A stretch of 63,760 nucleotides of DNA from IMG/VR virus record IMGVR_UViG_3300036791_001402, positions 1 through 63,760 of that record; one strand, given 5' to 3'. Every line of letters begins with the position of its first letter. Within the stretch, counting starts at the first letter, position 1. The stretch is from a virus. Lineage: Duplodnaviria > Caudoviricetes. Shown one piece after another: positions 55,438-63,760 of the stretch. Under the pieces are notes generated by a model. It searched no databases. It was not told the origin of the DNA and was given only the letters and a program-made list of their open reading frames with translations. The position numbers and the translations under genes were made by a program.

Positions 55438-55517
55438 AACCTTAAAGTGTATTCCCGGGTTGACGCGGGAGCGTGGTCGCGATTACAACACAATATACTC
55501 CGTAGTGAGAGGTAAAA

Positions 55518-56111
55518 ATGTTACCAAAACTATTAAAGTGCGACCTGTGTGGTAAGGAGTACAAAGCGGCTACCGGGCTGGGAATTCATAAGCTCAGGGC
55601 GCACGGCATCCCGGGAGTTTCCAGATCCTCCGGGGACTACCATAAGCAGAAGGCTAAAAAGCAGACGGCCAAGGCCCAGTTCGCGTGCGATCTGTGTGAT
55701 CGGACGTTTCCCCGCAACAGCGAGTTAGGAAGACATAAACTGGCCAAGCACGGCATTCCCGGTATGACTTATTCGTCCCAATGGCAACGCCGAAAGAACG
55801 AAAAGCTGAAGCAGGAAGCGGCTCTGGCCGCCCAATCTCACTCCACCCCAACCCCCAAGGAGAACATCCATGCCCTCACCGTCCCCCCGGCGAAACTCGG
55901 ACGTCCACGCAAGCAGAAAAACATCACCGTCAACCACCACCAAACCATCATTGCAGTTGGTCCACTCGAATCAAGTTATGAAGGGCCCGCCGCCATTGCC
56001 GTCGGTCGATTCCAAGAAGTATGCCGAAGCCTTGCGTATCAATACGAGCTTCCTGAGAAGCTGTTTGCCGCCCGGGTCACGGAGCTTCTATACGCCACGC
56101 AAGTACGGTAA
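55518..56111 (+). CDS. Tandem C2H2 zinc-finger protein
   Basis: Two C-x2-C-x12-H-x4-H fingers, each followed by GIPG; GRPRK motif. Confidence 0.8.
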   Translation: MLPKLLKCDLCGKEYKAATGLGIHKLRAHGIPGVSRSSGDYHKQKAKKQTAKAQFACDLCDRTFPRNSELGRHKLAKHGIPGMTYSSQWQRRKNEKLKQEAALAAQSHSTPTPKENIHALTVPPAKLGRPRKQKNITVNHHQTIIAVGPLESSYEGPAAIAVGRFQEVCRSLAYQYELPEKLFAARVTELLYATQVR

Positions 56112-56115
56112 CCAC

Positions 56116-56256
56116 ATGGGCGTTCCCTGCGTCTGCCCGGACTGCGGGGCGCGGCCCCCGAAGCACATTGCCGCGTGGAATCGCTGGAGATGGCAGACCT
56201 TTCATGCCACCCTCGTCCATGCCCACAAGCGCATCGAGCAGGTCGGCGAGGAATGA
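56116..56256 (+). CDS. Small Zn-binding protein
   Basis: CPDC...H...H; ATGA overlap with the next gene. Confidence 0.45.
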   Translation: MGVPCVCPDCGARPPKHIAAWNRWRWQTFHATLVHAHKRIEQVGEE

Positions 56257-56480
56257 ACCTCAGGCGCGGCATCTACAAGCTGCAGCGCCCTCTGTCGTCC
56301 AACCAACCCAATCCCCAGATCCTGGGTTACGACAGAGGGAGAACGAGAGAATTTTTCATCGATTGCGAAGAGGCCATGATGCGCCTGTTTGGCGAACGAC
56401 TGAAAATCTATGTCGAGGGAAGCTTCGATGAAAAAGGGTTCCTCTACATCACGAGAATCGTCAGAGATCAGGACTGGTGA
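56253..56480 (+). CDS. Hypothetical protein
   Basis: KLQRPL...L.Y...KIY...QDW; GAGG RBS. Confidence 0.6.
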   Translation: MNLRRGIYKLQRPLSSNQPNPQILGYDRGRTREFFIDCEEAMMRLFGERLKIYVEGSFDEKGFLYITRIVRDQDW

Positions 56481-56651
56481 GAGGAAACTGAAAGAGGGAG
56501 TCTACTACTTCACCCCTCCTAATCGGCATGGTCAATGGATCTGGGTTGAAACTAGTCCCGGTGCAACGTGGGAAACCGATGATGAAGCGGAGCGGTACTT
56601 CCAGCAACGGGGATATCCGACGATGAGGGTCACGATCAGGGAGGGTGGGAC

Positions 56652-56975
56652 ATGAAGTCTGAACACTTTTTCGTCACCGGCATTGTCGCCCAGCGTGACA
56701 AAAAACCGTACATCCAACTAGCCACCGAACATGGCATGGTTGCACAGTTCACCATGAGCGAGGCTCGTCAGATCGCCATGGACATGCTGGTGCAGGCCTC
56801 GCGGACAGAGATGGACGCCATGTTCTGCGCTTTCATGATCGATAAACTCGAAGCCCCGGAACAGGCGGTGAACGAGGCCATGATGTTGTTCCGTGACTAC
56901 CGCGCCTCACTCGATGACGAGACTGTTGAACACGATCACCGCATACCACCGAAGAACGAGGAGAGCGATGGGTAA
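56652..56975 (+). CDS. Hypothetical protein
   Basis: GGAGG RBS; helical. Confidence 0.65.
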   Translation: MKSEHFFVTGIVAQRDKKPYIQLATEHGMVAQFTMSEARQIAMDMLVQASRTEMDAMFCAFMIDKLEAPEQAVNEAMMLFRDYRASLDDETVEHDHRIPPKNEESDG

Positions 56976-56985
56976 ATTACACGCA

Positions 56986-57732
56986 TCAGTCGATCCACTG
57001 GATGGGTAGCTCGATGAAGTGCCGCTGGTCGAGCGGCTCTACTTCGATGGCCTCTTTGAATGAACGGGCGTTCCTCCAGTCGTTGCCGTTGAGCTTGGCC
57101 CTCTAGGCGGTATAACACCAGGCCATCGAGTCGGCACTATAGAGCAGGGAACGGATGACCCCGGACTCGAGCGAGGTCCGCTTCAATCCGAAACCGTGCA
57201 ACCGCAGATCCGGCCTCCTGAGCCGGATGGCGACCAGAACATCGCGGACCTTGAGCGGCGTTCCATTCCTCTTGCACACCGAACCGACGCCCACCCACAT
57301 GTTCTGCCTGAGCCGCTCCCCGTACATCTCGATGTGGCGCTGATACTCTGCGGGGTCGTATCCCTGCAGCACCGGCATGATGTACACGCCCGTGTCCTCG
57401 CGCAGCAAAGCGTCGTAGCGTTCGATGGTCAGGCGCTGGTGGTCCTCGACCGTCATCCCGGTGCGCTCGAGCATGTGGGGTTCGCACATAAAGTCCTGAG
57501 TGACAGCCGCCAGTAGCGTTCCGCAGTGCTTCCACTTCCTGATCTGAGCCGCGTACTCGCTCACCGGGAAGGGATAGCCGCCGTGCTTCTCGATAGTCGA
57601 GAACGCCCCGGAATCGAGGATCCACCGGTTGACCTTCATCGACCTGCGGCACCGCAGACGGTGGATGGAGATGAAGGCATGGTCGATGTGCCGTGCATCA
57701 GAAGGCTGGTGAAGTCCGGTGAAGAAGATCAT
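56986..57732 (-). CDS. TGT-fold / DpdA-like (DUF7221-type) protein, interrupted by an in-frame TAG at 57105-57103
   Basis: LDSGAFS, QDFMCEP, PVLQG, VGVGSVCKR, LHGFGLK, SADSMAW; frame continues 38 codons past TAG. Confidence 0.75.
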
Positions 57733-58241
57733 GTGAACAAGGACTCCATGGTGCCGCACGACTGCTCCGCCGCCGGCATCGCCGTCACAGGAAGGTGCAG
57801 GGTCAGAAAGCCTTTTTTGGTGCGATAGGGGCAGCGGACAAACCCCGCCCTCAGGTAGCAGCGCCCCGGATCCCGTTTGGGACGAATCTTGGCGGCATCG
57901 ATAAAAGTCACCATCGCAATTACGTTGTTGCAATGAGGACACTGAATGTAGGGCGTAAACCCCCACCACCACGAGGTCGCGGCCAGAGCTTCGCGGATCA
58001 ATTGGCTGGCCAGCGGTCCCGACTCGCGCCGGAAGAGGACGTTGATCCACGCCCCCCGCCACGCATGGCTGGCGAAGACCGGCCAGGAACTAACCCAGAG
58101 GGCGGAGCCGGTGATCGAGGTCAGGACGAGGCATCGGCCCGGGGGAACGAACTGGGGACTGTCCGGCGTCTGGCGGTTGTAGTGGCGGTTGGCGATCGAG
58201 AGAGCATGCGGCTCGAAGCGACTGGAGATCTGCCACTGCAT
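57729..58241 (-). CDS. Putative Mom-like/GNAT DNA-modification protein
   Basis: RHYNRQ..QFVPPGRCLVL, FRRE...ASQLI, TFID, PGRCYLRAGF; ATGA-coupled to the DpdA-like gene. Confidence 0.55.
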   Translation of the reverse strand: MQWQISSRFEPHALSIANRHYNRQTPDSPQFVPPGRCLVLTSITGSALWVSSWPVFASHAWRGAWINVLFRRESGPLASQLIREALAATSWWWGFTPYIQCPHCNNVIAMVTFIDAAKIRPKRDPGRCYLRAGFVRCPYRTKKGFLTLHLPVTAMPAAEQSCGTMESLFT

Positions 58242-58246
58242 CGGCG

Positions 58247-58486
58247 TCACTTCCGCCGCGATGGTTTGGGAGTCAGCGTGGCGCGTCTGGTGAGCCATTC
58301 GGCCAGCGCCTTGGGATCGACGCGGACGCATTCGCCCACGTACATGCAGGGCAGACGGCGCTCTTTGGCCATGTCGTAGAGTGCGCGTTTGGAGATGCTG
58401 AGCAAGTCTGAAATCTCCGCGATCGAGTACGCGCCCCGCTTGGCCGCGATCTGCTCGATAATTGAGTTACTATATTCTTCCCCCAT
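58247..58486 (-). CDS. Excisionase-like HTH (HTH_17) protein
   Basis: YSIAEISDLLSISKRALYDMAKERRLP...VRVD. Confidence 0.8.
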   Translation of the reverse strand: MGEEYSNSIIEQIAAKRGAYSIAEISDLLSISKRALYDMAKERRLPCMYVGECVRVDPKALAEWLTRRATLTPKPSRRK

Positions 58487-58541
58487 GGGCAGACTCCAGA
58501 CCTAGAAAAATAGCACACATTTCTACTGGGCGCACAAATCG

Positions 58542-58570
58542 TTGACAATTTCTCAGAATGAGAATAAGTT
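58542..58570 (+). promoter_or_regulatory. Sigma70 promoter of the recombination operon, containing a palindrome
   Basis: TTGACA-17 bp-TAAGTT; TTCTC-N5-GAGAA in the spacer; ACTGGGCGCAC repeats at 58525 and 58582. Confidence 0.6.
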
Positions 58571-58604
58571 CCTCTGTGTTCACTGGGCGCACGGGGGTGG
58601 TTAT

Positions 58605-59681
58605 ATGGCTACTATTTCCGACTTTCCGTTGCAGGCGGCTCTTGAAGTCATGGCCCCGTCGCTGCGGAATCCCGATGCCGGCCAGCGCCTGATCGCCGCC
58701 AAATGCCTCGGCCTGATGCTGGGCTACGACCATCGCTGGCGCAACGCCCCTTACCAGATCATGGACGTGGAGTGCGTCCTCACCAGCGATCTCTACAATC
58801 CTGAGACGGGAAGAAAAAGCCGGTCCTTCATTCTGGGCGGAAAGCTCGATGTCCGCGCCCTGGAGAAAGCCACCCTCGCCAAGGTGCTCTTCGATCACAA
58901 GACCTGCTCTCAGGACATCGCCGATCCCAACGCGCCCTACTGGCGGCAACTGGTGATCGAGGGCCAGGTCGATCACTACATGAGCCTGGAGTGGCTGAAC
59001 GGCAACAAGGTCGACGCCGCGGTCTGGGACGTGCTTCGCAAACCGGGGATATCGCCCCGCATCCTTTCCAAGGCCGACGCTAAGGAAGTTCTCGCGACCG
59101 GCAAATATTTTGACTACGAGCTGGACAAGGACGACAAGGACATGTTCGCCGAAGAGTCGCGGGAGACGGCGCCGATGTACGCGGCCCGGTTAGCGCGGGA
59201 CTCAAGCGAAGAGCGCCCGGAGTGGTATTTTCAACGCCGGCAGGTGCCGCGCCTCGATGCCGAAGTTCGCGATTACATGCAGGAAGTCTGGGGACACGGG
59301 CAGGACATTCTGGTGGCGCGGAGCAACAATCGCTGGCCGAGGAATTCCGGGGCTTGTATGCTCTACGGAACTCCGTGCAAATTTCTCAACGTATGTTCCG
59401 GCTACGACACCATCGATTCACCCAACTGGTCGACCAAGGCGTGGGTGCATCCTGAACTGCCGGTGCTTCCCGATTGCGACCGGGGCACCGACATCCTGAC
59501 CAACAGCCGCATCCGCTGCTTCCAGACCTGCAGAAAAAAGCACTACTTCACCTACGAACTGGGCGTCGAAAAACTGGACGAGGAGGAACGCGAGGCCTTG
59601 TTTTTCGGCAACCTGTTCCACGCCGGACTGGAGCAATACTTTCTCCAACTGAAAGACCTCCAAGGAAAGGGGCAGTTATGA
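58605..59681 (+). CDS. PD-(D/E)XK (Cas4/RecB-like) exonuclease, circularly permuted
   Basis: VE...GKLD...DHKT active site; CMLYGTPCKFLNVC; normally N-terminal motif found at the C-terminus. Confidence 0.82.
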   Translation: MATISDFPLQAALEVMAPSLRNPDAGQRLIAAKCLGLMLGYDHRWRNAPYQIMDVECVLTSDLYNPETGRKSRSFILGGKLDVRALEKATLAKVLFDHKTCSQDIADPNAPYWRQLVIEGQVDHYMSLEWLNGNKVDAAVWDVLRKPGISPRILSKADAKEVLATGKYFDYELDKDDKDMFAEESRETAPMYAARLARDSSEERPEWYFQRRQVPRLDAEVRDYMQEVWGHGQDILVARSNNRWPRNSGACMLYGTPCKFLNVCSGYDTIDSPNWSTKAWVHPELPVLPDCDRGTDILTNSRIRCFQTCRKKHYFTYELGVEKLDEEEREALFFGNLFHAGLEQYFLQLKDLQGKGQL

Positions 59682-60571
59682 CCGCCGTCGCATCCGCAGT
59701 GCGTGCTCCCCGGATACCGAATTCGGGACCAGCCGCATCGGCAGCGCGCACCTTTGCGCTCACAGACATTACCACCGATGCCCGACCTACACCCAAACGC
59801 TATGGCCTCCACGCCAAACCGGGATGGGGCAAGACGTCCTTCGCCGCCCAGGCACCCAAACCCATCTTCATCCAGACCAAGGGCGAGACCGGCCTTGAGA
59901 CCCTGATCGAAGCCAGGCAGTTACCGCCCACGCCCCACTTCCCGGAGATCCTCACCTGGGGCGACCTGCTCTCGGCGCTGAAGTTTCTCCGCACCGAACC
60001 GCACGAATTCAAGACCGTGGTTGTCGACACCATGCCGGGGGCCGAAAGGCTCTGCTACGAGTACGTCTGCGAACGCGACTTCGACGGGGACTGGGGGGAG
60101 CGGGGCTTCGCCGGGTATCAGCGGGGCAGGGAAGTGGCCATGGCGGACTGGCGGCAGTTCCTGAACGATCTGGACCGGCTTCGCGAAGAGCGGGGCATGA
60201 CCGTCTTCGCTCTTTTTCACACCAAGATCAAAACCTTCAAGAACCCGCTGGGGTCGGACTACGACCGCTGGGCGCCGGACATGGAGGACAAGTGCTGGGG
60301 ACTGACCCTGAAGTGGCTGGACTGTGTGCTGTTCGGCAACTTCGATACCTTCGTCCACCAGAGCGGGAAAAAGGGCGAGGATCCCAACAAGAAGGGCAAA
60401 GCGGCAGACACCTCGGTCAGGATGATGTACACCGAAGAGCGTCCCGCCTATGACGCCAAGAACCGCATGGGGTTGCCGGAAGAAATCGAGATGGGAGCGA
60501 ACGCCGCGGAGGCCTGGGGGAACTTCGTGCAAGCCCTGAAGGACGGCAGAAAGCAGGAAGCCCATGGCTAA
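59678..60571 (+). CDS. Sak4-like AAA_24 ATPase (single-strand annealing recombinase)
   Basis: KPGWGKTS Walker A, TVVVDT Walker B, YDRW.P, AKNR. Confidence 0.85.
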   Translation: MTAVASAVRAPRIPNSGPAASAARTFALTDITTDARPTPKRYGLHAKPGWGKTSFAAQAPKPIFIQTKGETGLETLIEARQLPPTPHFPEILTWGDLLSALKFLRTEPHEFKTVVVDTMPGAERLCYEYVCERDFDGDWGERGFAGYQRGREVAMADWRQFLNDLDRLREERGMTVFALFHTKIKTFKNPLGSDYDRWAPDMEDKCWGLTLKWLDCVLFGNFDTFVHQSGKKGEDPNKKGKAADTSVRMMYTEERPAYDAKNRMGLPEEIEMGANAAEAWGNFVQALKDGRKQEAHG

Positions 60572-61151
60572 AGGCGCGTTTTACGACGAGGGCAACTATG
60601 TCGCCGAGGTCACAGGGCAGGGGCTGGGCAAGGCCAAAACCGGAACCCTGAACTTCGTGCTAGGCGTCAAGATCCTTGGAACCCCCAGCCAGGATGGGGG
60701 AATCGATGGGGTGAAGCAGCGGTATAACCGCACCATTTACATGTACTTCACCGACGCGACCATCCCGTTCGTGGTCGAAACACTCCGTGCGCTGGGCTAC
60801 ACGCAGGGCAGTTTCGGACCTCTCGATCCCGGCCATCCCCAGCACCAGTCCTTCGTGGGCCAGCAGATCGATGTCTACTGCAAGCACGAGATCGGGCAGG
60901 ACGGGGAGGTGCGGGAAAAATGGAGCGTCTCGCGAGGACTGCCAGCGGTCGTTACAGAGCCGTTGAACGCGAAAGAGGTGCGAGAGCTGGACGCCCTCTT
61001 CGGAAAGGCACTGAAGGCCTCTGCCGCCCCGGGAAAGGGCAATTCTAAAAAGCAGGTCAAAGCGGAAAAGCCGGATCGGGACCAGCCGCCTGTCGAGGCA
61101 TATGTGGACGCGGACGGGACGGAGATTTCAGACGAGGACATTCCGTTCTGA
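60564..61151 (+). CDS. Single-stranded DNA-binding protein (DUF669-like)
   Basis: Follows Sak4; G.Y...KAKTG; acidic C-terminal DEDIPF. Confidence 0.72.
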   Translation: MAKGAFYDEGNYVAEVTGQGLGKAKTGTLNFVLGVKILGTPSQDGGIDGVKQRYNRTIYMYFTDATIPFVVETLRALGYTQGSFGPLDPGHPQHQSFVGQQIDVYCKHEIGQDGEVREKWSVSRGLPAVVTEPLNAKEVRELDALFGKALKASAAPGKGNSKKQVKAEKPDRDQPPVEAYVDADGTEISDEDIPF

Positions 61152-61157
61152 AAACTG

Positions 61158-61185
61158 AAGGCCAGCCGGGAGGTTGGCTGGCCTT
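61158..61185. terminator. Bidirectional terminator
   Basis: AAGGCCAGCC/GGCTGGCCTT between convergent genes. Confidence 0.7.
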
Positions 61186-61189
61186 TACT

Positions 61190-61870
61190 CTAGCTGGCTT
61201 TTTCTTCCGCCTGAATGGTGCGCGGTCGTCCCCGGGGGACGATGTACTTTTCAGGGACAGCTTCAGTCTTTCCTTCCGCATAGGAGGTCAAGATAGTGAT
61301 CAGCGATTCCAGCCATGCCTTCCTTTGCCGCGCCGGGAGGCGTTCCATCCGCGTCCGTACCCAGTTGAAGCTTTCCTTTTTGAGAACTTCGTTGTCAGAT
61401 TCGACTGAAGCGGTGCGACCGGCTTTCTGTTTTTGGTTCAGATCCCTAAGGTATTCCACCAGCTTAGGTTCGCTCGAGGTGTCGGGCGGGGGGTTCTTTT
61501 TAACCAGCTTGGGATCGATGGTGTCCATGCCCATGGCCAGAGCGAGGCGCATAACCGGGCCGGGAAAGAGTTCCTTGGCGCGGTCATAGATGTCGATGTA
61601 GCGGTAGGCTGTAGCGACACTGATGTTGAACGGTGTGGATTTGAGGTAGTTGGTGAACATGCGTTTCGGTTCCAGTACGTCCCTGATCTTGGCGAGGTGT
61701 TCCCCGATAGCTACCCGCGCCCTGCCGAAGGCGGCGATGCCGTCGTTCAGTTCGCGGGTTTCGTTTACGATGATTTGCCTTTCGCGTTCCGAGAGATCGT
61801 CCCATCCCCCAATGGTTGCCAAGACCGCCTTAGGCGATCTTGCCAACGATGTTGATTCTTTTCCTGTCAT
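61190..61870 (-). CDS. DUF3102-like DNA-binding protein
   Basis: IGEHL..IR..L....F..YL......TAYRYI; C-terminal PRGRPR. Confidence 0.6.
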   Translation of the reverse strand: MTGKESTSLARSPKAVLATIGGWDDLSERERQIIVNETRELNDGIAAFGRARVAIGEHLAKIRDVLEPKRMFTNYLKSTPFNISVATAYRYIDIYDRAKELFPGPVMRLALAMGMDTIDPKLVKKNPPPDTSSEPKLVEYLRDLNQKQKAGRTASVESDNEVLKKESFNWVRTRMERLPARQRKAWLESLITILTSYAEGKTEAVPEKYIVPRGRPRTIQAEEKAS

Positions 61871-62072
61871 GACTGTCCCCTCGTTTCAATCACTTACCCT
61901 TTAACCGTACTACTGTTTACCACAATAGACCACTGAATCCACGTCAAAAGAAGTGAAAAGTAATCAAAAGTTCACTATATTGGTACCGGATTGTATGATT
62001 ACGCCTGATTCAACACAGTAAGACCGCGCCGAAAGCGTATCGCAAACATTCAATGACGGAGGGCAGATTCCT

Positions 62073-62309
62073 ATGCCGCATGTAGAGACGGAGTCAGTGA
62101 AGATCGACAAGGAGAAGCTGGGCAAGCTCCGCCAGTATTCGCGTTTGTTTGGAGTTTCCATCCAATTTTCCACAGACCGCGCCCTGGCCGAGTATCTGGC
62201 CCGGGAGATCGAACCCAAGCTTGCCGCCAGCGATGGATATCAAAATGAGAAAAACGGCAGGAAAAAGCCGGTAAGAAAAAATTCTACCAAGATTAAAAAA
62301 GTGGCGTAG
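62073..62309 (+). CDS. Small regulator (ribbon-helix-helix-like)
   Basis: SVKIDKE...LRQYS...GVSI...RALAEYL; divergent from 61870. Confidence 0.55.
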   Translation: MPHVETESVKIDKEKLGKLRQYSRLFGVSIQFSTDRALAEYLAREIEPKLAASDGYQNEKNGRKKPVRKNSTKIKKVA

Positions 62310-62465
62310 GATTATCGACGTCCCAGGCGACGGTCTGGGCGCCTGTCCTCCCAGACGGGGAAGTAAACGGGGCCGGTTATTTCCTCCCGGCCCCGCCTCG
62401 ATCATCTGGACACAGGGCAAAAGGGAAGAGGAATCCATCACATTTCGATTGATGAGGATACTTCC

Positions 62466-63344
62466 ATGAGTATTCGTTTGATGTCCCGTGTCTGGGACGA
62501 TGCCCCATTCGACGGCGCAACTCTGTTAACCCTCCTGGCTCTGACTGATTCTGCCAACGACGAGGGGTGGTGCTGGCCAAGTATTACCACCCTGATGCAC
62601 AAGACCCGACAAGGTAACTCCACGGTCTATCGTTCCATCGCTGAACTCATCGAAAGCGGCTGGCTGGAGAAGTACAAGGAGGACCAGGATGGGGTTATTC
62701 AATATCGGGTTTTGTATCCTGAGGATCGGGTACAAGAGGCGCAAATAGCTGACGATGTGGATTCTCCCACAGAGAATAACTCTCTCCCAGAGAGAAAAAT
62801 CAGTCTCCCACAGAGAAAACGGATTCTCTCACAGAGAAAACCCCCACACCCCCTTAATGGAAGAACCGTAATAAAAGCAACCGTAAGAGAACCATCAGTG
62901 ACCCCTTCTCCTGCTCCGCCGGAGGTAAAGCTTCCGGCTACGCTGGGTTCTTCCCCAGACCCTTCCCCAGAAGAACTACAAAAAATGCCTCCAAGACAAC
63001 GAGCTATCAGGGCCATGAAGATCTGTTTTTTCCCGTACTACTGCGAGGTATGCGAACAGAACCCGAAGGTCTATACGCTGACCCAATTGCGGATTGAGAA
63101 GGGGGTGGCTCGATACCTGGAGTGCCTGAAGAAGTGCGATGGCGACTGGGCTAAAGCGGGGGACATGTTCTATGCCGCCATGGATGCTCTGTCCCAGTCG
63201 GACTTCCACATGGGGCGGAACGAGCGGGGTAAAAACGGGAACGGCAAAAAGTACGTCGACTGGGTTTCCAATCTCTGCAATTCCCAGGAAAAGTTTGAAA
63301 AATGGCTGGTAGCTGCGCCACTAGAGGAAGCGGCATATGCCTGA
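62466..63344 (+). CDS. Replication initiator (N-terminal winged HTH, lambda O-like)
   Basis: MSIRLMSRVWD...LLALTDSANDEGWCWPSITTL; internal iterons; upstream of the helicase. Confidence 0.85.
   Translation: MSIRLMSRVWDDAPFDGATLLTLLALTDSANDEGWCWPSITTLMHKTRQGNSTVYRSIAELIESGWLEKYKEDQDGVIQYRVLYPEDRVQEAQIADDVDSPTENNSLPERKISLPQRKRILSQRKPPHPLNGRTVIKATVREPSVTPSPAPPEVKLPATLGSSPDPSPEELQKMPPRQRAIRAMKICFFPYYCEVCEQNPKVYTLTQLRIEKGVARYLECLKKCDGDWAKAGDMFYAAMDALSQSDFHMGRNERGKNGNGKKYVDWVSNLCNSQEKFEKWLVAAPLEEAAYA
62762..62838 (+). repeat. Four iterons, putative replication origin
   Basis: TCTC(C/T)CA(C/G)AGAGAA at 62763, 62783, 62804 and 62825 (20-21 bp period). Confidence 0.8.
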
Positions 63345-63751
63345 TTTGGAAGACTATCTCATGCCGGAAACAGCACCCGACTACCCAGAAGAATCCCCAA
63401 TTCTGGAGGTAACCCCGCGCAAGCTGACCGTCGCGGAGCAGACCGCAGACCTGCTGTCCGAGGTCAAGAGCGGGGCGCCCGTAAACATCGACGCGGAACG
63501 AACCATTTTGGGGGCCATATTGCTCGACAATGCGGCCCTCCTTGAGGTTCAGAAGGGGCTGACACCATCCGACTTCTCCCTTTCGTCTCATCGAGTTATC
63601 TGGGCGCGTATGGTGAGCCTCGAAGCCGCCGGTCATGCCATCGACATCGTGACTCTGGTCAACGAACTGGACCGGCATAACGAGACCAGGGAGATCGGGG
63701 GCGCGGCGTATTTGGCCTCCCTGACCGAAGGTCTTCCCCGCCGGCCGGTGA
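63337..63751 (+). CDS. Replicative helicase, 5' part (DnaB N-terminal domain); continues at the window start
   Basis: GAGG RBS, ATG 63337; PVNIDAERTILGAILLDN...DFSLSSHRVIW...IDIVTL. Confidence 0.85.
63626..63751 (+). repeat. Terminal direct repeat, copy 2
   Basis: Identical to 1-126. Confidence 0.97.
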
Positions 63752-63760
63752 AGACCTTCG

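Larger units (their letters stand above)
1..63751. mobile_element. Complete circular temperate phage genome (unit length ~63,625 bp), probably podovirus-like, probable Acidobacteriota host
   Basis: 126-bp terminal direct repeat; terminase, portal, capsid, lysozyme, integrase and replication genes; no host housekeeping genes seen. Confidence 0.92.

Noticed and set aside
57103-57105. Genome-wide amber recoding
   Set aside because: Many genes end cleanly at TAG (e.g. 3231, 23136 region neighbours 27418, 31193, 45172) and long genes are not fragmented; only one internal TAG was found
58568-58581. GTTC-repeat LexA box at the recombination promoter
   Set aside because: Spacing is GTTC-N6-GTTC, not the N7 expected
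63726-63760. Terminal hairpin as a protelomerase telomere
   Set aside because: The last 11 nt (GAAGACCTTCG) merely mirror 63726-63736 inside a coding region that continues normally at position 127; most likely a fold-back read artefact; no protelomerase seen

Overview
This window looks like a complete, circularly permuted ~63.6-kb temperate tailed-phage genome. Bases 1-126 recur exactly at 63626-63751 and a helicase gene runs across the join. The virion module appears podovirus-like: terminase, portal, scaffold, capsid, tailspikes, adaptor/nozzle and three ejection-type proteins, with no tape measure or tail tube recognised. The genome also carries a lysis cassette, a tyrosine integrase with an attP-like region, a serine resolvase, a Sak4/SSB/nuclease recombination operon, a lambdoid-style initiator with iterons, and several DNA-modification genes. 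A DnaB N-terminal domain resembling acidobacterial DnaB (recalled, not searched) suggests an Acidobacteriota host. The main finding is an array of seven minimal (52-53 nt, P4-less) HDV-like self-cleaving ribozymes on the minus strand at 9545-13409, with covarying P1/P2/P3 stems and invariant catalytic-core residues. They punctuate the leftward small-gene operon. Each lies just after a GC hairpin that closes the upstream gene and 12-17 nt before the next ATG, with no tRNA nearby. This suggests a protein-free system that cuts a polycistronic transcript into end-protected 1-2 gene mRNAs. Other oddities are a circularly permuted Cas4-like nuclease, an overlapping two-frame C5 methyltransferase, a DpdA-like gene interrupted by an amber codon, signal-peptide-like N-termini on tailspikes, a C2H2 zinc-finger protein and an extremely G-skewed segment. 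Product calls come from motif recognition only; no database searches were run.
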